From a virus, in the IMG/VR virus record IMGVR_UViG_3300032093_000042, positions 1-64,000 of that record: DNA of 64,000 nucleotides. One strand, given 5' to 3'. Under the pieces are notes generated by a model. That model was not told the origin of the DNA. It ran no database searches and saw only the letters and a list, made by a program, of their open reading frames with translations. The translations under genes were made by a program, and so were the position numbers. Shown here in pieces: positions 32,426 through 43,242 of the stretch. The stretch's first letter is position 1, and each line of letters starts with the position of its first letter.

Positions 32426-33481
32426 ATGGCAATAAGTTCGTGTAACAGTTTAAATGTAAAAACTCTGAGAACAAGTCAGTTGGCAAATGCATCCACATTA
32501 TCAAATAACGATGTAATACAAATTTCACAATATAGTGGTGGAAATTATTTTTCCAAAAAAAGTAGTTTATCTAATTTGAAAGATTATTTCACCAACGGAG
32601 GAATTTTTAGTGGTAGTTTTAGTGGTAGTTACTGGGGTAGAATAGTTAGCAAAAATACCAAAGCTACAGGTAGTTTTTATGGCACAAACAACAAACTGAG
32701 TGGTAGTTTTAGTGGTAGTTATTTTGGTAGTGTAACTAGCAAAAACACAAAAGCTACAGGTAGTTTTAGTGGTAGCTTTAAAGGTAAATCAAGTGGTAGT
32801 TTTAGTGGTAGTTATTTTGGTAGTGTAACTAGCAAAAACACAAAAGCTACAGGTAGTTTTTATGGCACAAACAACAAACTAAGCGGTAGTTTTAGTGGTA
32901 GTTATTTTGGTAGTGTAACTAGCAAAAACACAAAAGCTACAGGTAGTTTTTATGGAACAAACAATAAATTGAGTGGCAGTTTTAGTGGAAGTTATTTGGG
33001 TAAAATAACAAGTAAAAATTCTTTATTAACAGGCAGCTTTAGAGGTATAGATAATATTACTAATTTTAAAGGTACTGGTAAAAACGTATCTTATAATGGT
33101 ACTTCAAGTTACGCTGTAAGCGGTAGTCATGCCGTTAAAAGTGATTATGCCATAACAAGTAGTTATGTAAATCCACAATATAATCCTGCTATTACAAAAG
33201 CATGGGTAAACTTTAGTAACACAGGAGCAATTATATCCGCATATAATGTTTCATCGGTAACAAAAAATGACACAGGTGATTATACTGTTAATTTTTCGTC
33301 TCCGACTCCATTTTCTAATTCTAATTACGTAATGGTTACCGCAACCAACCAGTTTCATACAGCAGGTTATAATGTATACGTTCCAACTAAAACTACTTCA
33401 CAAGTTAGAGTTTCTGTTTATAGAACCGAAGTAGATCTTGCAGCAAATGAAGGCGCAAATCTTGTTTTCTTCGGATATTAA
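32426..33481 (+). CDS. tail fibre-like protein with SGSFSGS repeats
   Basis: tandem SGSFSGSY.G.V.SKNTKATGSF; C-terminal KAWVNF...YNVSSVT...TGDYTVNF fibre domain. Confidence 0.75.
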   Translation: MAISSCNSLNVKTLRTSQLANASTLSNNDVIQISQYSGGNYFSKKSSLSNLKDYFTNGGIFSGSFSGSYWGRIVSKNTKATGSFYGTNNKLSGSFSGSYFGSVTSKNTKATGSFSGSFKGKSSGSFSGSYFGSVTSKNTKATGSFYGTNNKLSGSFSGSYFGSVTSKNTKATGSFYGTNNKLSGSFSGSYLGKITSKNSLLTGSFRGIDNITNFKGTGKNVSYNGTSSYAVSGSHAVKSDYAITSSYVNPQYNPAITKAWVNFSNTGAIISAYNVSSVTKNDTGDYTVNFSSPTPFSNSNYVMVTATNQFHTAGYNVYVPTKTTSQVRVSVYRTEVDLAANEGANLVFFGY

Positions 33482-33499
33482 TGTTAATATTTATTATAT

Positions 33500-34666
33500 A
33501 TGCCAAGTCCATGTAACAATTTAAATGTAATTCCTATCAAAGTTAGTCAACTTGTTAGATATAAAAATATAGACGTTGATGATTTTTTGCTTACGATAGA
33601 ATCGGGATCTGGTTTATATTCCAGAAAAAGTACTTTTGGAGATTTAGTAGACGCATTGGGAAATGTAACTGGTTCATATACAGGTAGTTTTAGTGGTAGT
33701 TTTAGTGGTAGCTTTAAAGGTAAATCAAGTGGTAGTTTTAGCGGAAGTTACTGGGGAAGTGTAATTAGTAAAAATACCAAAGCTACTGGTAGTTTTAACG
33801 GAAAAACAAGTGGTAGTTTTAGTGGTAGTATATTGAGTAAAAATACAAAAGCTACTGGTAGTTTTTATGGTAATAAAAGTAATATAAGTGGTAGTTTTAG
33901 TGGTAGTTTTTATGGCAGTTTACTTAGCAAAACCACAAAAGCTAGTGGTAGTTTTAGTGGTAGTTTTTATGGAAGTTTATTGAGTAAAAACACAAAGGCA
34001 AGTGGCAGTTTTAGTGGCAGTCATTATGGAAGTTTACTGAGCAAAAATACAAAAGCCAGCGGCAGTTTTAGTGGCAGTCACTATGGAAAAGTAATTGGAT
34101 CAAACGGATCGTTAATCACAGGATCTTTTAGAGGCATTGATAATATTACTAATTTTAAGGGCACAGGCAAAAAAGTATCATTTAATGGTACATCGAGTTA
34201 CGCTGTAAGTGCTAGTTATGCACTTACGGCGAGTTATTTAGCCGGAGTTAGTGTTGCTGGCGATATATTTGCAAACGCATCTTATAATCAAAAAACCGGA
34301 GCTAATATACCTGTCAAGTCGGGTACATCAAACGTTTTTGGAGCTTTCGGTGAAGCTGGCAAAAAAATAAAATGGTTCAAAATAGAAGGTAGTTTTAATG
34401 TAGGTGAAAATGATTATGTAATACTTAATGGCGTAACTTTCAAATTATATGGCGAAGTTGGAGATGGAACTTTACTTACGTCAAACATATATTCAAGTTG
34501 GGGATGGCAAAACGGATATTCATACAATCCGGACGGCGGAACTATAAGAACTCATTTTACAATTGAAGGTGCTCCTCCTACATCATATACGGGAGGACAA
34601 ATTATACTACTTTTATGGGCGGCGGGATCGTATAGTTGCCAAGGATATTCAGTTGGTTACTATTAA
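33500..34666 (+). CDS. tail fibre-like protein with SGSFSGS repeats (paralog of 32426-33481)
   Basis: same repeats and GSFRGIDNITNFKGTGK block; different C-terminus. Confidence 0.75.
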   Translation: MPSPCNNLNVIPIKVSQLVRYKNIDVDDFLLTIESGSGLYSRKSTFGDLVDALGNVTGSYTGSFSGSFSGSFKGKSSGSFSGSYWGSVISKNTKATGSFNGKTSGSFSGSILSKNTKATGSFYGNKSNISGSFSGSFYGSLLSKTTKASGSFSGSFYGSLLSKNTKASGSFSGSHYGSLLSKNTKASGSFSGSHYGKVIGSNGSLITGSFRGIDNITNFKGTGKKVSFNGTSSYAVSASYALTASYLAGVSVAGDIFANASYNQKTGANIPVKSGTSNVFGAFGEAGKKIKWFKIEGSFNVGENDYVILNGVTFKLYGEVGDGTLLTSNIYSSWGWQNGYSYNPDGGTIRTHFTIEGAPPTSYTGGQIILLLWAAGSYSCQGYSVGYY

Positions 34667-34800
34667 AACATTGACATTTTTCTTCAACTGTGTTATATAT
34701 ATTGTTAGATGGTGATCTTATAGACACTATCTACTATAGTGCTCGAGTGAGGCTATTAGGTTAATAAGTTCAATAGAATTATTAAAAGAAAGGTAAATAT

Positions 34801-35286
34801 ATGTCAGTAATTAAATATAGTCCGTTTGCATTGCGTCACGTAGATCGTGATGAATTTCTAACTCCGTTTGATCGTGTATTTGATGAAGTATTCGCAAATC
34901 ACTTTCCAGAATTAACAAAAGAACTAGGTGTTGGATTTTTTGAAAAACAAAGTTATCCACGTGTAGATGTGGTTGATTATAGTGATAGAGTTGAAATTCT
35001 AGCAGAAATTCCGGGTTTAAGTAAAGATGAAGTTACCGTTGAAGTACAAGAAAACGTGCTTACAATTAGTGGTCAGAAAGTTCGTAAGTTAAATGATGCA
35101 GATCTACAAGATCGTAGATATATTCGTAGAGAACTTAAACATAGCAGTTTTAAACGCAGTTTTACATTGGGTGATATAATTGATAAAGATCAACCGATTG
35201 CTAAATTTGAAAATGGACTTTTAACTGTTACACTTAATAAGTTAAAACCAACGATTCCCACTACTAAGAAAGTAAAGATTGATTAA
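34801..35286 (+). CDS. Hsp20 small heat-shock protein
   Basis: YPRVDV, AEIPG, LTISG, SSFKRSFTL, AKFENGLLTV. Confidence 0.95.
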   Translation: MSVIKYSPFALRHVDRDEFLTPFDRVFDEVFANHFPELTKELGVGFFEKQSYPRVDVVDYSDRVEILAEIPGLSKDEVTVEVQENVLTISGQKVRKLNDADLQDRRYIRRELKHSSFKRSFTLGDIIDKDQPIAKFENGLLTVTLNKLKPTIPTTKKVKID

Positions 35287-35305
35287 TATTCAATCGTGGT
35301 TATAT

Positions 35306-35340
35306 AACCCACGTTATTAATTTAACGTGGGTTTTTATTT
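35306..35340 (+). terminator. intrinsic terminator
   Basis: AACCCACGTTA/TAACGTGGGTT then T run. Confidence 0.8.
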
Positions 35341-35357
35341 TATATATATTTATAGAT

Positions 35358-36320
35358 ATGATCAAATTTAATCATTTAGTAATAGGCACTTCACTTTTAA
35401 TCGCCGGATGTGCAGCGTATTTTAGTGTGTATGGCATCGGATTGTTATTTTCGGGAGCTACAATTGCTGCTATGATAATGGCATCATCTTTGGAATTAGG
35501 CAAATTAGTAACAACATCGTGGTTATTTAGATATTGGTCAAAAGCAAATTTTTTTATAAAAACTTATATGATAACAGCTATATTTGCTTTAATGATGATT
35601 ACATCACTCGGTATTTATGGATTTTTAACTGCTGCATTTCAAAAATCTTCTTTGGAAAACGAATTGTCTATTAACAAAATTTCAACATTACAGATACAAA
35701 AAAACGAAGAAGTGCTTAAAATTGATTCAACAAAAAAATCTATAGAAAAAATATATATTTTAAGAAGTTCACAAGAATCACGTTTAAATGAGATTTTAAC
35801 AAATGTTTTAATCTCTCGTAATCCTATTCAATTACAAAATATACAAAATCAAATAAATGAACAAATATTAGATTTAAATAAACAATTAGAAGACGAAAAC
35901 AACAAATTAAAAAGTTATGACGATAAACGTACACGGATAGACGATGATATTTTTAAATTGAAAGTTGAAAATAGTCAAAAGAAAGACATAACTACGTTTA
36001 AATTTGTTGCTGAACAATTCAATACAACCATTCAAAATGTTGTAAAATGGTTTATAATTGTTCTTATAACCGTATTTGATCCACTTGCTGTGATTTTATT
36101 GATTGCGTATAATATATCATCAAATAAAAAATATGTAAATGAAGAATCTGAGAATAAGACAGATAATATTCATGAAAAGATTGTTACGGTAGAAAAACCG
36201 GTTGAAGTGGAAAAAATTATTACTGTAGAAAAACCAGTTGAAGTGGAAAAGATTGTTGAAAAGGTGGTAGAAAAACCTTCAAAAAAATCAAAGGGTATAA
36301 GAGGTATGTTTAGTTTTTAA
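35358..36320 (+). CDS. membrane protein with coiled coil
   Basis: three N-terminal TM segments, LELGKLV, ITSLGIYGFL, VFDPLAV, VEKPVEVEK repeats. Confidence 0.75.
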   Translation: MIKFNHLVIGTSLLIAGCAAYFSVYGIGLLFSGATIAAMIMASSLELGKLVTTSWLFRYWSKANFFIKTYMITAIFALMMITSLGIYGFLTAAFQKSSLENELSINKISTLQIQKNEEVLKIDSTKKSIEKIYILRSSQESRLNEILTNVLISRNPIQLQNIQNQINEQILDLNKQLEDENNKLKSYDDKRTRIDDDIFKLKVENSQKKDITTFKFVAEQFNTTIQNVVKWFIIVLITVFDPLAVILLIAYNISSNKKYVNEESENKTDNIHEKIVTVEKPVEVEKIITVEKPVEVEKIVEKVVEKPSKKSKGIRGMFSF

Positions 36321-36517
36321 ATTAAAATAAATTTAATATTTTTTCGTTTTATACGTACTTATACGTATATGGACGACACAGAGATACTGGAATTATATAA
36401 AATTTTAAAACGCGGATTTAAAAATTCGGATTGGGATTTGATACAAGAATCTATAGACTATGTAACTGAATATATAGATATAGACGATTGTGAAGAAACA
36501 ACTGACGACTCAAACTA

Positions 36518-36835
36518 ATGATAATTTTTTTATTATTCTTGTTATTATTATCTATAATAACAAATATTTTTTTAGTTGTCTCTTTAAAGAAATCGTTTAA
36601 TCAAATTGATATATTAGAAGACTGGTTGGTAGAGTTTAGATTTTTAATTAAAAATACATATAATAAGTTGAAATCCATTGATGATAAGGGTATATTTGAA
36701 AAAGATGATGAAGTAGGTGTGTTATTTACAGATTTACTAGAAATTATCAAATTAACAAATAAAAGAATTCAAACCGATGACGATAACTCCTTCGATATTA
36801 ATGAAAAAAACAAAACGCAAGTCTTCAAAACTTAA
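36518..36835 (+). CDS. membrane-anchored hypothetical protein
   Basis: N-terminal TM; IDDKGIFEKDDEVG. Confidence 0.65.
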   Translation: MIIFLLFLLLLSIITNIFLVVSLKKSFNQIDILEDWLVEFRFLIKNTYNKLKSIDDKGIFEKDDEVGVLFTDLLEIIKLTNKRIQTDDDNSFDINEKNKTQVFKT

Positions 36836-37751
36836 TAAAAAAACCGTTTCTGTTGTAGCCAAAAAAAGGGTTAGTAACAAAACAAAATTAAAAAATAAAA
36901 AATCGCCAGTCATTGATAAAATCAATATTGGCGTTTTATTGCCTGAAAAAGAAATTTCAACTATAGAAGTGCCTCGTACCGTCAAACACGAAGTCGTAGA
37001 GGATCAAATTTTAGAAACTAACGACGAATCTATTTTTGATGAAAATGGAATGCGTAAAAAACGACGTGGTAGAAATAAAAAAGAAAAAATATATTTTTCC
37101 AAAAAAACAGAAGATGCTATTGTAGAGTATAATACTGAGGAAGATGTAGTTAAAAGAAATGAAATATACGAAACAAAAATAAAATTTAGCTTTGAAAAAC
37201 TTGTAGAAAATATATTCAATACGTTTAAGTTTACATATTTTGATAATAGTCCTTTAGAAATACAAAAAGAAACTGTTTCTCACTTGGTTACTAATATTAA
37301 CAAATTTCAAGCAGGCAAAGGAAAAGCTTTTAGTTATTTTAGCATAGTGGCTAAAAATTATTTAATTTTTCATAATAATAATAATTATAAAAGATTTAAT
37401 CAACATGTAGATATTAGCGAAACTCCGAGTGAATCTTCCGTATGTTTACAAACCGAAGACGAACACTATAAAATTGTACAGAATCAAGAATTTATGAAGT
37501 TACTCATAAAGTATTGGGAAGAAAACATTACAAAAATATTTAATAAACAAAAAGATTTAAAAATTGCATATGCTGTAATTGAATTGTTTAGAAACTGTGA
37601 ACGAATCGAAAACTTTAATAAAAAAACATTATATTTGTATATACGTGAGTTAAGTGACTGTAAAACCCAACAGATTACTAAGGTTTTAAATAAAATGAAA
37701 AATTATCAAAATATTGTTACTAAAAATTATTCAAATCGGGGAATAATATAA
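36777..37751 (+). CDS. putative phage late sigma factor (gp55-like)
   Basis: YFSKKTEDAIVEYN...FEKLVENI...KFQAGKGKAFSYFSIVAKNYLI resembles sigma region 2. Confidence 0.6.
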   Translation: MTITPSILMKKTKRKSSKLNKKTVSVVAKKRVSNKTKLKNKKSPVIDKINIGVLLPEKEISTIEVPRTVKHEVVEDQILETNDESIFDENGMRKKRRGRNKKEKIYFSKKTEDAIVEYNTEEDVVKRNEIYETKIKFSFEKLVENIFNTFKFTYFDNSPLEIQKETVSHLVTNINKFQAGKGKAFSYFSIVAKNYLIFHNNNNYKRFNQHVDISETPSESSVCLQTEDEHYKIVQNQEFMKLLIKYWEENITKIFNKQKDLKIAYAVIELFRNCERIENFNKKTLYLYIRELSDCKTQQITKVLNKMKNYQNIVTKNYSNRGII

Positions 37752-37808
37752 AATCTAAATAATCAATAAAACCACTCTAAATAGAGTGGTTTTTCTATTT
37801 ATAGCTAT

Positions 37809-38156
37809 ATGGACTTAAATTTTGAAATTTATAAAGGTAAAAATTTTTCTAGTCTCTGTAAAGACATAGTTAAAAATTCTGAAAATAAAAAGGATCAAAT
37901 TGATATTTTGATATCCGAGTTACGTACATTAATTAAAACAGTTAATGATGCTGTAATAATAGTGCCATTAATTAAGGATTATTATGATGTAGGTATCAAA
38001 AATGACGAACAATTAGTTAAATTGGCATCTGTAGTTCAGAGACTAGTAGCTAAAAGTGAAACTAGTGGAGAAGGTCCTGCTATGGTTTTGAGTGAGGAAG
38101 AGAGAAAACAATTAATGGATGAAGTTATAATAATCAGTAAAAATCAACAATCGTAA
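37809..38156 (+). CDS. conserved jumbo-phage hypothetical protein
   Basis: IVPLIKDYYDVGIKNDEQLVKLA...LSEEERKQL. Confidence 0.7.
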   Translation: MDLNFEIYKGKNFSSLCKDIVKNSENKKDQIDILISELRTLIKTVNDAVIIVPLIKDYYDVGIKNDEQLVKLASVVQRLVAKSETSGEGPAMVLSEEERKQLMDEVIIISKNQQS

Positions 38157-39862
38157 TGAGTACAAATATATCTACAATAGTTAGAAATTCAAATCCGTCG
38201 ACTACGACCATAACAAATTCCACTTTAAAAGGAACAGATACTAGTTTTTTGCAATTAGCCGTTGTTGTTGATGTAATATTGGATGATAAACATCCATTTT
38301 TTGGAAAAACTACCAACAATAATAATTCTAAAATCGCTCCTACAATTAGGTATCAACAAATACCTATCAATTATGAAAATAAAATACCAGAAGCTAACAA
38401 CGTTGATTACACGTATATTGGCAGAGCTAAAATTCGCATTTTAAGCGAAGAAAAACAAACATCCAATGATAAACTACCATGGGCAATACCACTGGATAAT
38501 ACAATTACACAATTTCCATTACTAAACGAACAAGTGTTGGTATTGAAAGTTGGAGATAATTATTATTATACTAAACCATTTAATAGAGTAAATCTATGGG
38601 GTACAAATGGAGAATTTATAACAGAAAAATCTAACAGCGAAGATGCAAATAGTGCCGTACCGTATTTGGAGCCAAAAAATCGTAAAAGTTATGTAAGTCA
38701 TCCATCATTTTTAAGCTTGAATAAAAATGGTTATTTCGGCAATTATTTTATACTAAATCCCTACATTAGGGGAGTGAGACAGTTTGAGGGAGATACAGTA
38801 ATACAAAGTAGATTCGGACAGTCTATTCGTTTTAGTGCATACGATGATGACCGACTAAATGATAAAGGTAGATATCCATCTTATGCTTTGGTTGGAAATT
38901 TATTAAAAGAATCTGTAGAAGGTGGTTATGGTAATCCAAAAATTACAATAAGAAACAGACAACGTAATATAGCTCAAAATAAATCACAACAGTTACATCC
39001 AAAACTTCCACCAATACCTTCCATAAAAGAAAAAGAAAAAAATTATGGTGGTCAGATAGATGAAGATGTTAACAACGATGGTACTACTATACAAATAACA
39101 AGTGGATATACCATAAGTTCATGGCAAACCACTGTGTACAAAAGCGTTTTTGGTATTACAGACGACAATAAACCGACCGAAGAACAAACTAGATTTAATC
39201 CGAATGGTTCAACCAACTTTAAATTTCCTATATTAGACGGTGATCAAATAGTAATAAATTCTGATAGATTAATTTTAAGTAGTAGATTTGCAGAAACATT
39301 TCATTTTAGTAAAAAACGTTATGCGGTAGCTACCGACAGTGAATATACGGTTGACGCAAATGACAATGTTGTTATTACCACAAATAACGTAGCTTGTATT
39401 AATGCGCCTCAAATATTTCTGGGTCAATACGGTGAGACAAATGAACCAGCTTTATTAGGTCAAACAACAGTAGATTGGATGTATGATCTGTGTAATTGGT
39501 TATTGGATCACGTACATTGGTATCACCACGTACATCCACATCCACATGGACACGAAGACGCAGGTGCAATAAGCTCGGAAAATACAAACGACGCGTTACC
39601 AAATCAAACACAGATACCCGTACAACAAATAAAACTTAAATTATTGAGAGACAATCTACATAAGACACTAAGTAGACGAGTATTCGTTACTGGTGGTGGA
39701 TATGCGCCCGGTAGTAACGGAGTAAAACCAACGAGTAGTGGAGTTGAATGTAAAGATCCAATAAATATAAATATTGTTACGGGTCAAGGAGTCGTCGGTG
39801 ATTTTAAAGGTAGAAATCGTAGAGAAGCTCCTGTACAATTTGAATTTGAATTTCAAAATTGA
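38156..39862 (+). CDS. baseplate hub/central spike (gp5-like)
   Basis: OB-fold-like N-terminus (FPLLNEQV), EGDTVIQSRFGQSIRF, QIVINSDRLIL, HWYHHVHPHPHGH tip motif. Confidence 0.7.
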   Translation: MSTNISTIVRNSNPSTTTITNSTLKGTDTSFLQLAVVVDVILDDKHPFFGKTTNNNNSKIAPTIRYQQIPINYENKIPEANNVDYTYIGRAKIRILSEEKQTSNDKLPWAIPLDNTITQFPLLNEQVLVLKVGDNYYYTKPFNRVNLWGTNGEFITEKSNSEDANSAVPYLEPKNRKSYVSHPSFLSLNKNGYFGNYFILNPYIRGVRQFEGDTVIQSRFGQSIRFSAYDDDRLNDKGRYPSYALVGNLLKESVEGGYGNPKITIRNRQRNIAQNKSQQLHPKLPPIPSIKEKEKNYGGQIDEDVNNDGTTIQITSGYTISSWQTTVYKSVFGITDDNKPTEEQTRFNPNGSTNFKFPILDGDQIVINSDRLILSSRFAETFHFSKKRYAVATDSEYTVDANDNVVITTNNVACINAPQIFLGQYGETNEPALLGQTTVDWMYDLCNWLLDHVHWYHHVHPHPHGHEDAGAISSENTNDALPNQTQIPVQQIKLKLLRDNLHKTLSRRVFVTGGGYAPGSNGVKPTSSGVECKDPININIVTGQGVVGDFKGRNRREAPVQFEFEFQN

Positions 39863-39863
39863 T

Positions 39864-40361
39864 ATGAACAACATTTTTAAAGATCCAACCCCGTCATTAT
39901 CAGGACCGCCTACCCAGACCGTTAGTGGAGTAACAAATAAATCAGCTATTATTGACAATAAAAATTTAAAAGTTCAGTACGATCCGTCCGATGTTAAAAC
40001 GACCGGGTCCGAGACATCAACCATAAAACCTAATGGTATAGGTAAAGATTGGACTCCTAATCAATATAATCCACAATCTATTTCGGGAAATGATACATTT
40101 GTATATCCTAAAACAGGAAATGTAGGATCTACCGCTGAATTAGCTAAAACAACAAAAACAGAACCTACTAACGACGTAGTTAACAACGGTATAACAAAAA
40201 CATCCGAAACGAGACTAAAAGAAGTACAGGCTGGTTTGCCTAAACCAAAAGTGCCTAAACCAGTTAATACACCTCGTATAAAAACAATAAAAATACCAAG
40301 ACCGACTGATTCAAAAGACGTAACAGATTTATTAAATTTACCTAAATCTAGTTTAGGTTAA
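39864..40361 (+). CDS. Pro/Thr-rich hypothetical protein
   Basis: start at MNNIFKD preferred, just after the upstream stop. Confidence 0.55.
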   Translation: MNNIFKDPTPSLSGPPTQTVSGVTNKSAIIDNKNLKVQYDPSDVKTTGSETSTIKPNGIGKDWTPNQYNPQSISGNDTFVYPKTGNVGSTAELAKTTKTEPTNDVVNNGITKTSETRLKEVQAGLPKPKVPKPVNTPRIKTIKIPRPTDSKDVTDLLNLPKSSLG

Positions 40362-40378
40362 TAATTATATATAATATT

Positions 40379-40852
40379 ATGAAAATAGAAGTATTAAAAG
40401 AATTCATTAAAAAAACGGTACAACAAGAAGTGCGTAGTGTTATTCAGTCTGAACTTAAACTTCAGTTAACAGAAATATTTTCTAAAGAAGTTGGTCAGAA
40501 AAAGAAAAAATCATCCGATTCTGATTTAGAACAACAAATTTTAAAAGAATTGGAAACTATGAATGAATCTTCTATGATTGAAGAAGAAGTTAAACCTGTC
40601 AAAAAGTTTGTAAAATACACAAATAATCCATTATTGAATGATATTCTTAATCAAACAACAGGCGGAGTTCCACAAGAAGGTGGTATGGTAAGTATGTTGG
40701 GCGGATATGGCGGTGGTGGCAGTCAAGAAGTTATTGCGGAAACCAAAGTACCAGAAAATGCTTCTGAACCAGTTAAAAGTGTATATACGGCTCTCAATAG
40801 AGACTATAGATCATTAATGAAAGCCGTAAGCAAGAAAAAAGGTGAAAAATAA
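40379..40852 (+). CDS. hypothetical virion-associated protein
   Basis: LKEFIKKTVQQEV, NPLLNDILNQT, ALNRDYRSLMKA. Confidence 0.7.
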   Translation: MKIEVLKEFIKKTVQQEVRSVIQSELKLQLTEIFSKEVGQKKKKSSDSDLEQQILKELETMNESSMIEEEVKPVKKFVKYTNNPLLNDILNQTTGGVPQEGGMVSMLGGYGGGGSQEVIAETKVPENASEPVKSVYTALNRDYRSLMKAVSKKKGEK

Positions 40853-40860
40853 GGTAACTA

Positions 40861-41262
40861 ATGGCTACACCTAAAAAAGCAATAGGATTATCACTACCGA
40901 TACAACTTGGTAATGAAGGTTATTTTGCAACAAACAAAGATACGATTTCACAAGTTGCTGATAATTTACAAAATATGTTATTAACTATACCAGGAGAACG
41001 TAGATTTAATAACAGTTTTGGTTCTGGACTTTATAATTTACTTTTTCAATCAATTGATAACGACGTTTCTAATGATATCATTTTGGATGTAATTCAACGA
41101 GATATTGATAAGTATTTAAAGGGTATAGCTATATTGAAAGTAGAATTATCTCAACAACAAGTGGAAAATAATGATAAAAATTCAATATTTATAAGTATTA
41201 CGTTTAGATATAACAATACTATAGGCACAACACAACTAAATTTGGAAGGTAATAGAATATAA
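40861..41262 (+). CDS. baseplate wedge subunit (gp25-like)
   Basis: NLQNMLLTIPGERRFNNSFGSGLYNLLF. Confidence 0.9.
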   Translation: MATPKKAIGLSLPIQLGNEGYFATNKDTISQVADNLQNMLLTIPGERRFNNSFGSGLYNLLFQSIDNDVSNDIILDVIQRDIDKYLKGIAILKVELSQQQVENNDKNSIFISITFRYNNTIGTTQLNLEGNRI

Positions 41263-43241
41263 TGTCAAAATTAATAAATAAAACATTTGATGCTAATACA
41301 AAAGATATAAACTATCTTAATAGAGATTTTGCGTCACTTCGTCAACAGTTAATTGACTTTACAAAACAATATTACCCACAAAGTTATAAAGATTTTAGTG
41401 AAAGTTCACCTGGTCAAATTTTTATAGAACAAGCTGCATATGTCGGAGATGTATTATCTTACTATACAGATCAACAATTCTTTGAAAGTTTTATACAATT
41501 CGCACAAGATCGTAGAAACATCATTAATGGTGCTAAAATGTTGGGTTATAAACCTAAAGTATCCTCTGCGTCGTCTACGGGTGTTGATTTATTTCAACTA
41601 TTGCCTGCTAAACGAACTGAGAACAACGAATATATTCCTGACGAACGTTATTGTTTAATATTAAAACCATTTACACGATTAACAAGTGTATCGGGTATAG
41701 ATTTTATTGTTGAAGAAAGTGTAGATTTTAGTCAAGATACAAAATTTTCGCCGCGGGAAATTACTGTATACAATCGTGATAATACAGGAGCGCCTCAGTT
41801 TTATTTAATTAAAAAAACAACCAAAGCATATTCTGGAACGTTAATTGTTAAACAAATTTCCGTTGGCGAACAAACTCCATTTTTTAGTATAAAATTAAAC
41901 GAAACTAATGTTCTTAAAATTGTGAGTGTAACCGACAGTAATAATAATTCTTATTATGAAGTGGAGTATTTAGCTCAAGATACAATTCCTATAGAAATAG
42001 ATAATGTTCCTCTTAATAATCAAACACTATCTTCATATAGAAATGAAACGCCGAAAATATTAAAATATTTAAGAACTGAAAAACGTTTTGTTACAACAAT
42101 CGACGAAAATAACCAAACAACAATACAATTCGGTGCTAATACTGAAAATTATGATAACACTATCATAGTACCAAATCCAACTAACATCGGCGTTTCATTA
42201 TCAAATCTTAAAAATTTGAATATATCTCTTGACAATACAAATGTATTAAAGGCTAACAGTTATGGTACCTCACCGTCAAATACTACTCTTACTATTAGTT
42301 ATATTGTTGGTGGAGGTGTAAATTCAAATGTAAATTCGGGTGAGATAAATAAGATTGTCGCCGTATCATATTTAAATGATGTAACATCTTTAACTGACAG
42401 CGAAGTTATATTGTTAAATAATATACAAAATTCTTTGAGAGTTAATAACCCAGATTCTTCTTCGGGTGGAGACGATGCTGAAAGTGATGAAGAAATAAGA
42501 CAAAATTCTATATTAAACTTTTCTGCACAGAATAGAATGGTTACTGACGACGATTTTATTTTAAGAGTATATGCTTTACCTCCACAATTAGGAAACATAG
42601 CAAAAGCTTATATTGAAAGCAATTTAACAAGAGAAGTTCAATACAACGGATTAATAAACGGAGTAGTAAATACATCAAATAATTCTACATTGGATTTGAC
42701 ACCTTTAAATCCGTTAGATAGACGTAAATTTTTACAATCAAATAATCCATTTACAAACAATTTATATATTCTGGGTTACGATGTAAATAAAAATTTAACA
42801 CAAATTAACCCAGCGACATTACAAAATTTGGTTACTTATTTACAAAACTACAAAATACTTACAGATAGAATAAATATAGTAGATGGATATATCATAAATA
42901 TAGGCGTTGAATTCAAAATATCTGTATTTAAAGGTTTCAATAAATCAGAAGTGTTAAACGCATGTATACAATCTGTTAAAAACTTTTTTGATATAGACAA
43001 ATGGAGTTTTAACCAACCTATAAATTTAAGTCAGATTAATTTTGAAATAATGCAAAACGAAGGTGTACAGTCTGTTGTAGATATAACAGTTAAAAATTTA
43101 ACTATTGATGACGGTAATTATTCTCCCGTCGCATACAATATTACCATCGCTACACAAAACAACATAATTTATCCATCAAAAGATCCATCTATATTTGAAA
43201 TAAAATATCCCGATAGTGATATAAAAGCACTCGTAGTTTAA
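41262..43241 (+). CDS. baseplate wedge subunit (gp6/J-like)
   Basis: YLNRDF..LRQQLI, DFSESSPG, AYVGDVLSYY, GGDDAES.EEIR, AQNRMVT.DD. Confidence 0.9.
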   Translation: MSKLINKTFDANTKDINYLNRDFASLRQQLIDFTKQYYPQSYKDFSESSPGQIFIEQAAYVGDVLSYYTDQQFFESFIQFAQDRRNIINGAKMLGYKPKVSSASSTGVDLFQLLPAKRTENNEYIPDERYCLILKPFTRLTSVSGIDFIVEESVDFSQDTKFSPREITVYNRDNTGAPQFYLIKKTTKAYSGTLIVKQISVGEQTPFFSIKLNETNVLKIVSVTDSNNNSYYEVEYLAQDTIPIEIDNVPLNNQTLSSYRNETPKILKYLRTEKRFVTTIDENNQTTIQFGANTENYDNTIIVPNPTNIGVSLSNLKNLNISLDNTNVLKANSYGTSPSNTTLTISYIVGGGVNSNVNSGEINKIVAVSYLNDVTSLTDSEVILLNNIQNSLRVNNPDSSSGGDDAESDEEIRQNSILNFSAQNRMVTDDDFILRVYALPPQLGNIAKAYIESNLTREVQYNGLINGVVNTSNNSTLDLTPLNPLDRRKFLQSNNPFTNNLYILGYDVNKNLTQINPATLQNLVTYLQNYKILTDRINIVDGYIINIGVEFKISVFKGFNKSEVLNACIQSVKNFFDIDKWSFNQPINLSQINFEIMQNEGVQSVVDITVKNLTIDDGNYSPVAYNITIATQNNIIYPSKDPSIFEIKYPDSDIKALVV

Positions 43242-43242
43242 T

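Noticed and set aside
32600-34100. Diversity-generating retroelement TR/VR pair
   Set aside because: Repeats are in-frame coding tandem repeats without adenine-specific variation, and no reverse transcriptase is in the window
34706-34760. RNA thermometer upstream of hsp20
   Set aside because: Two hairpins exist but neither sequesters the AAAGGT SD-like sequence
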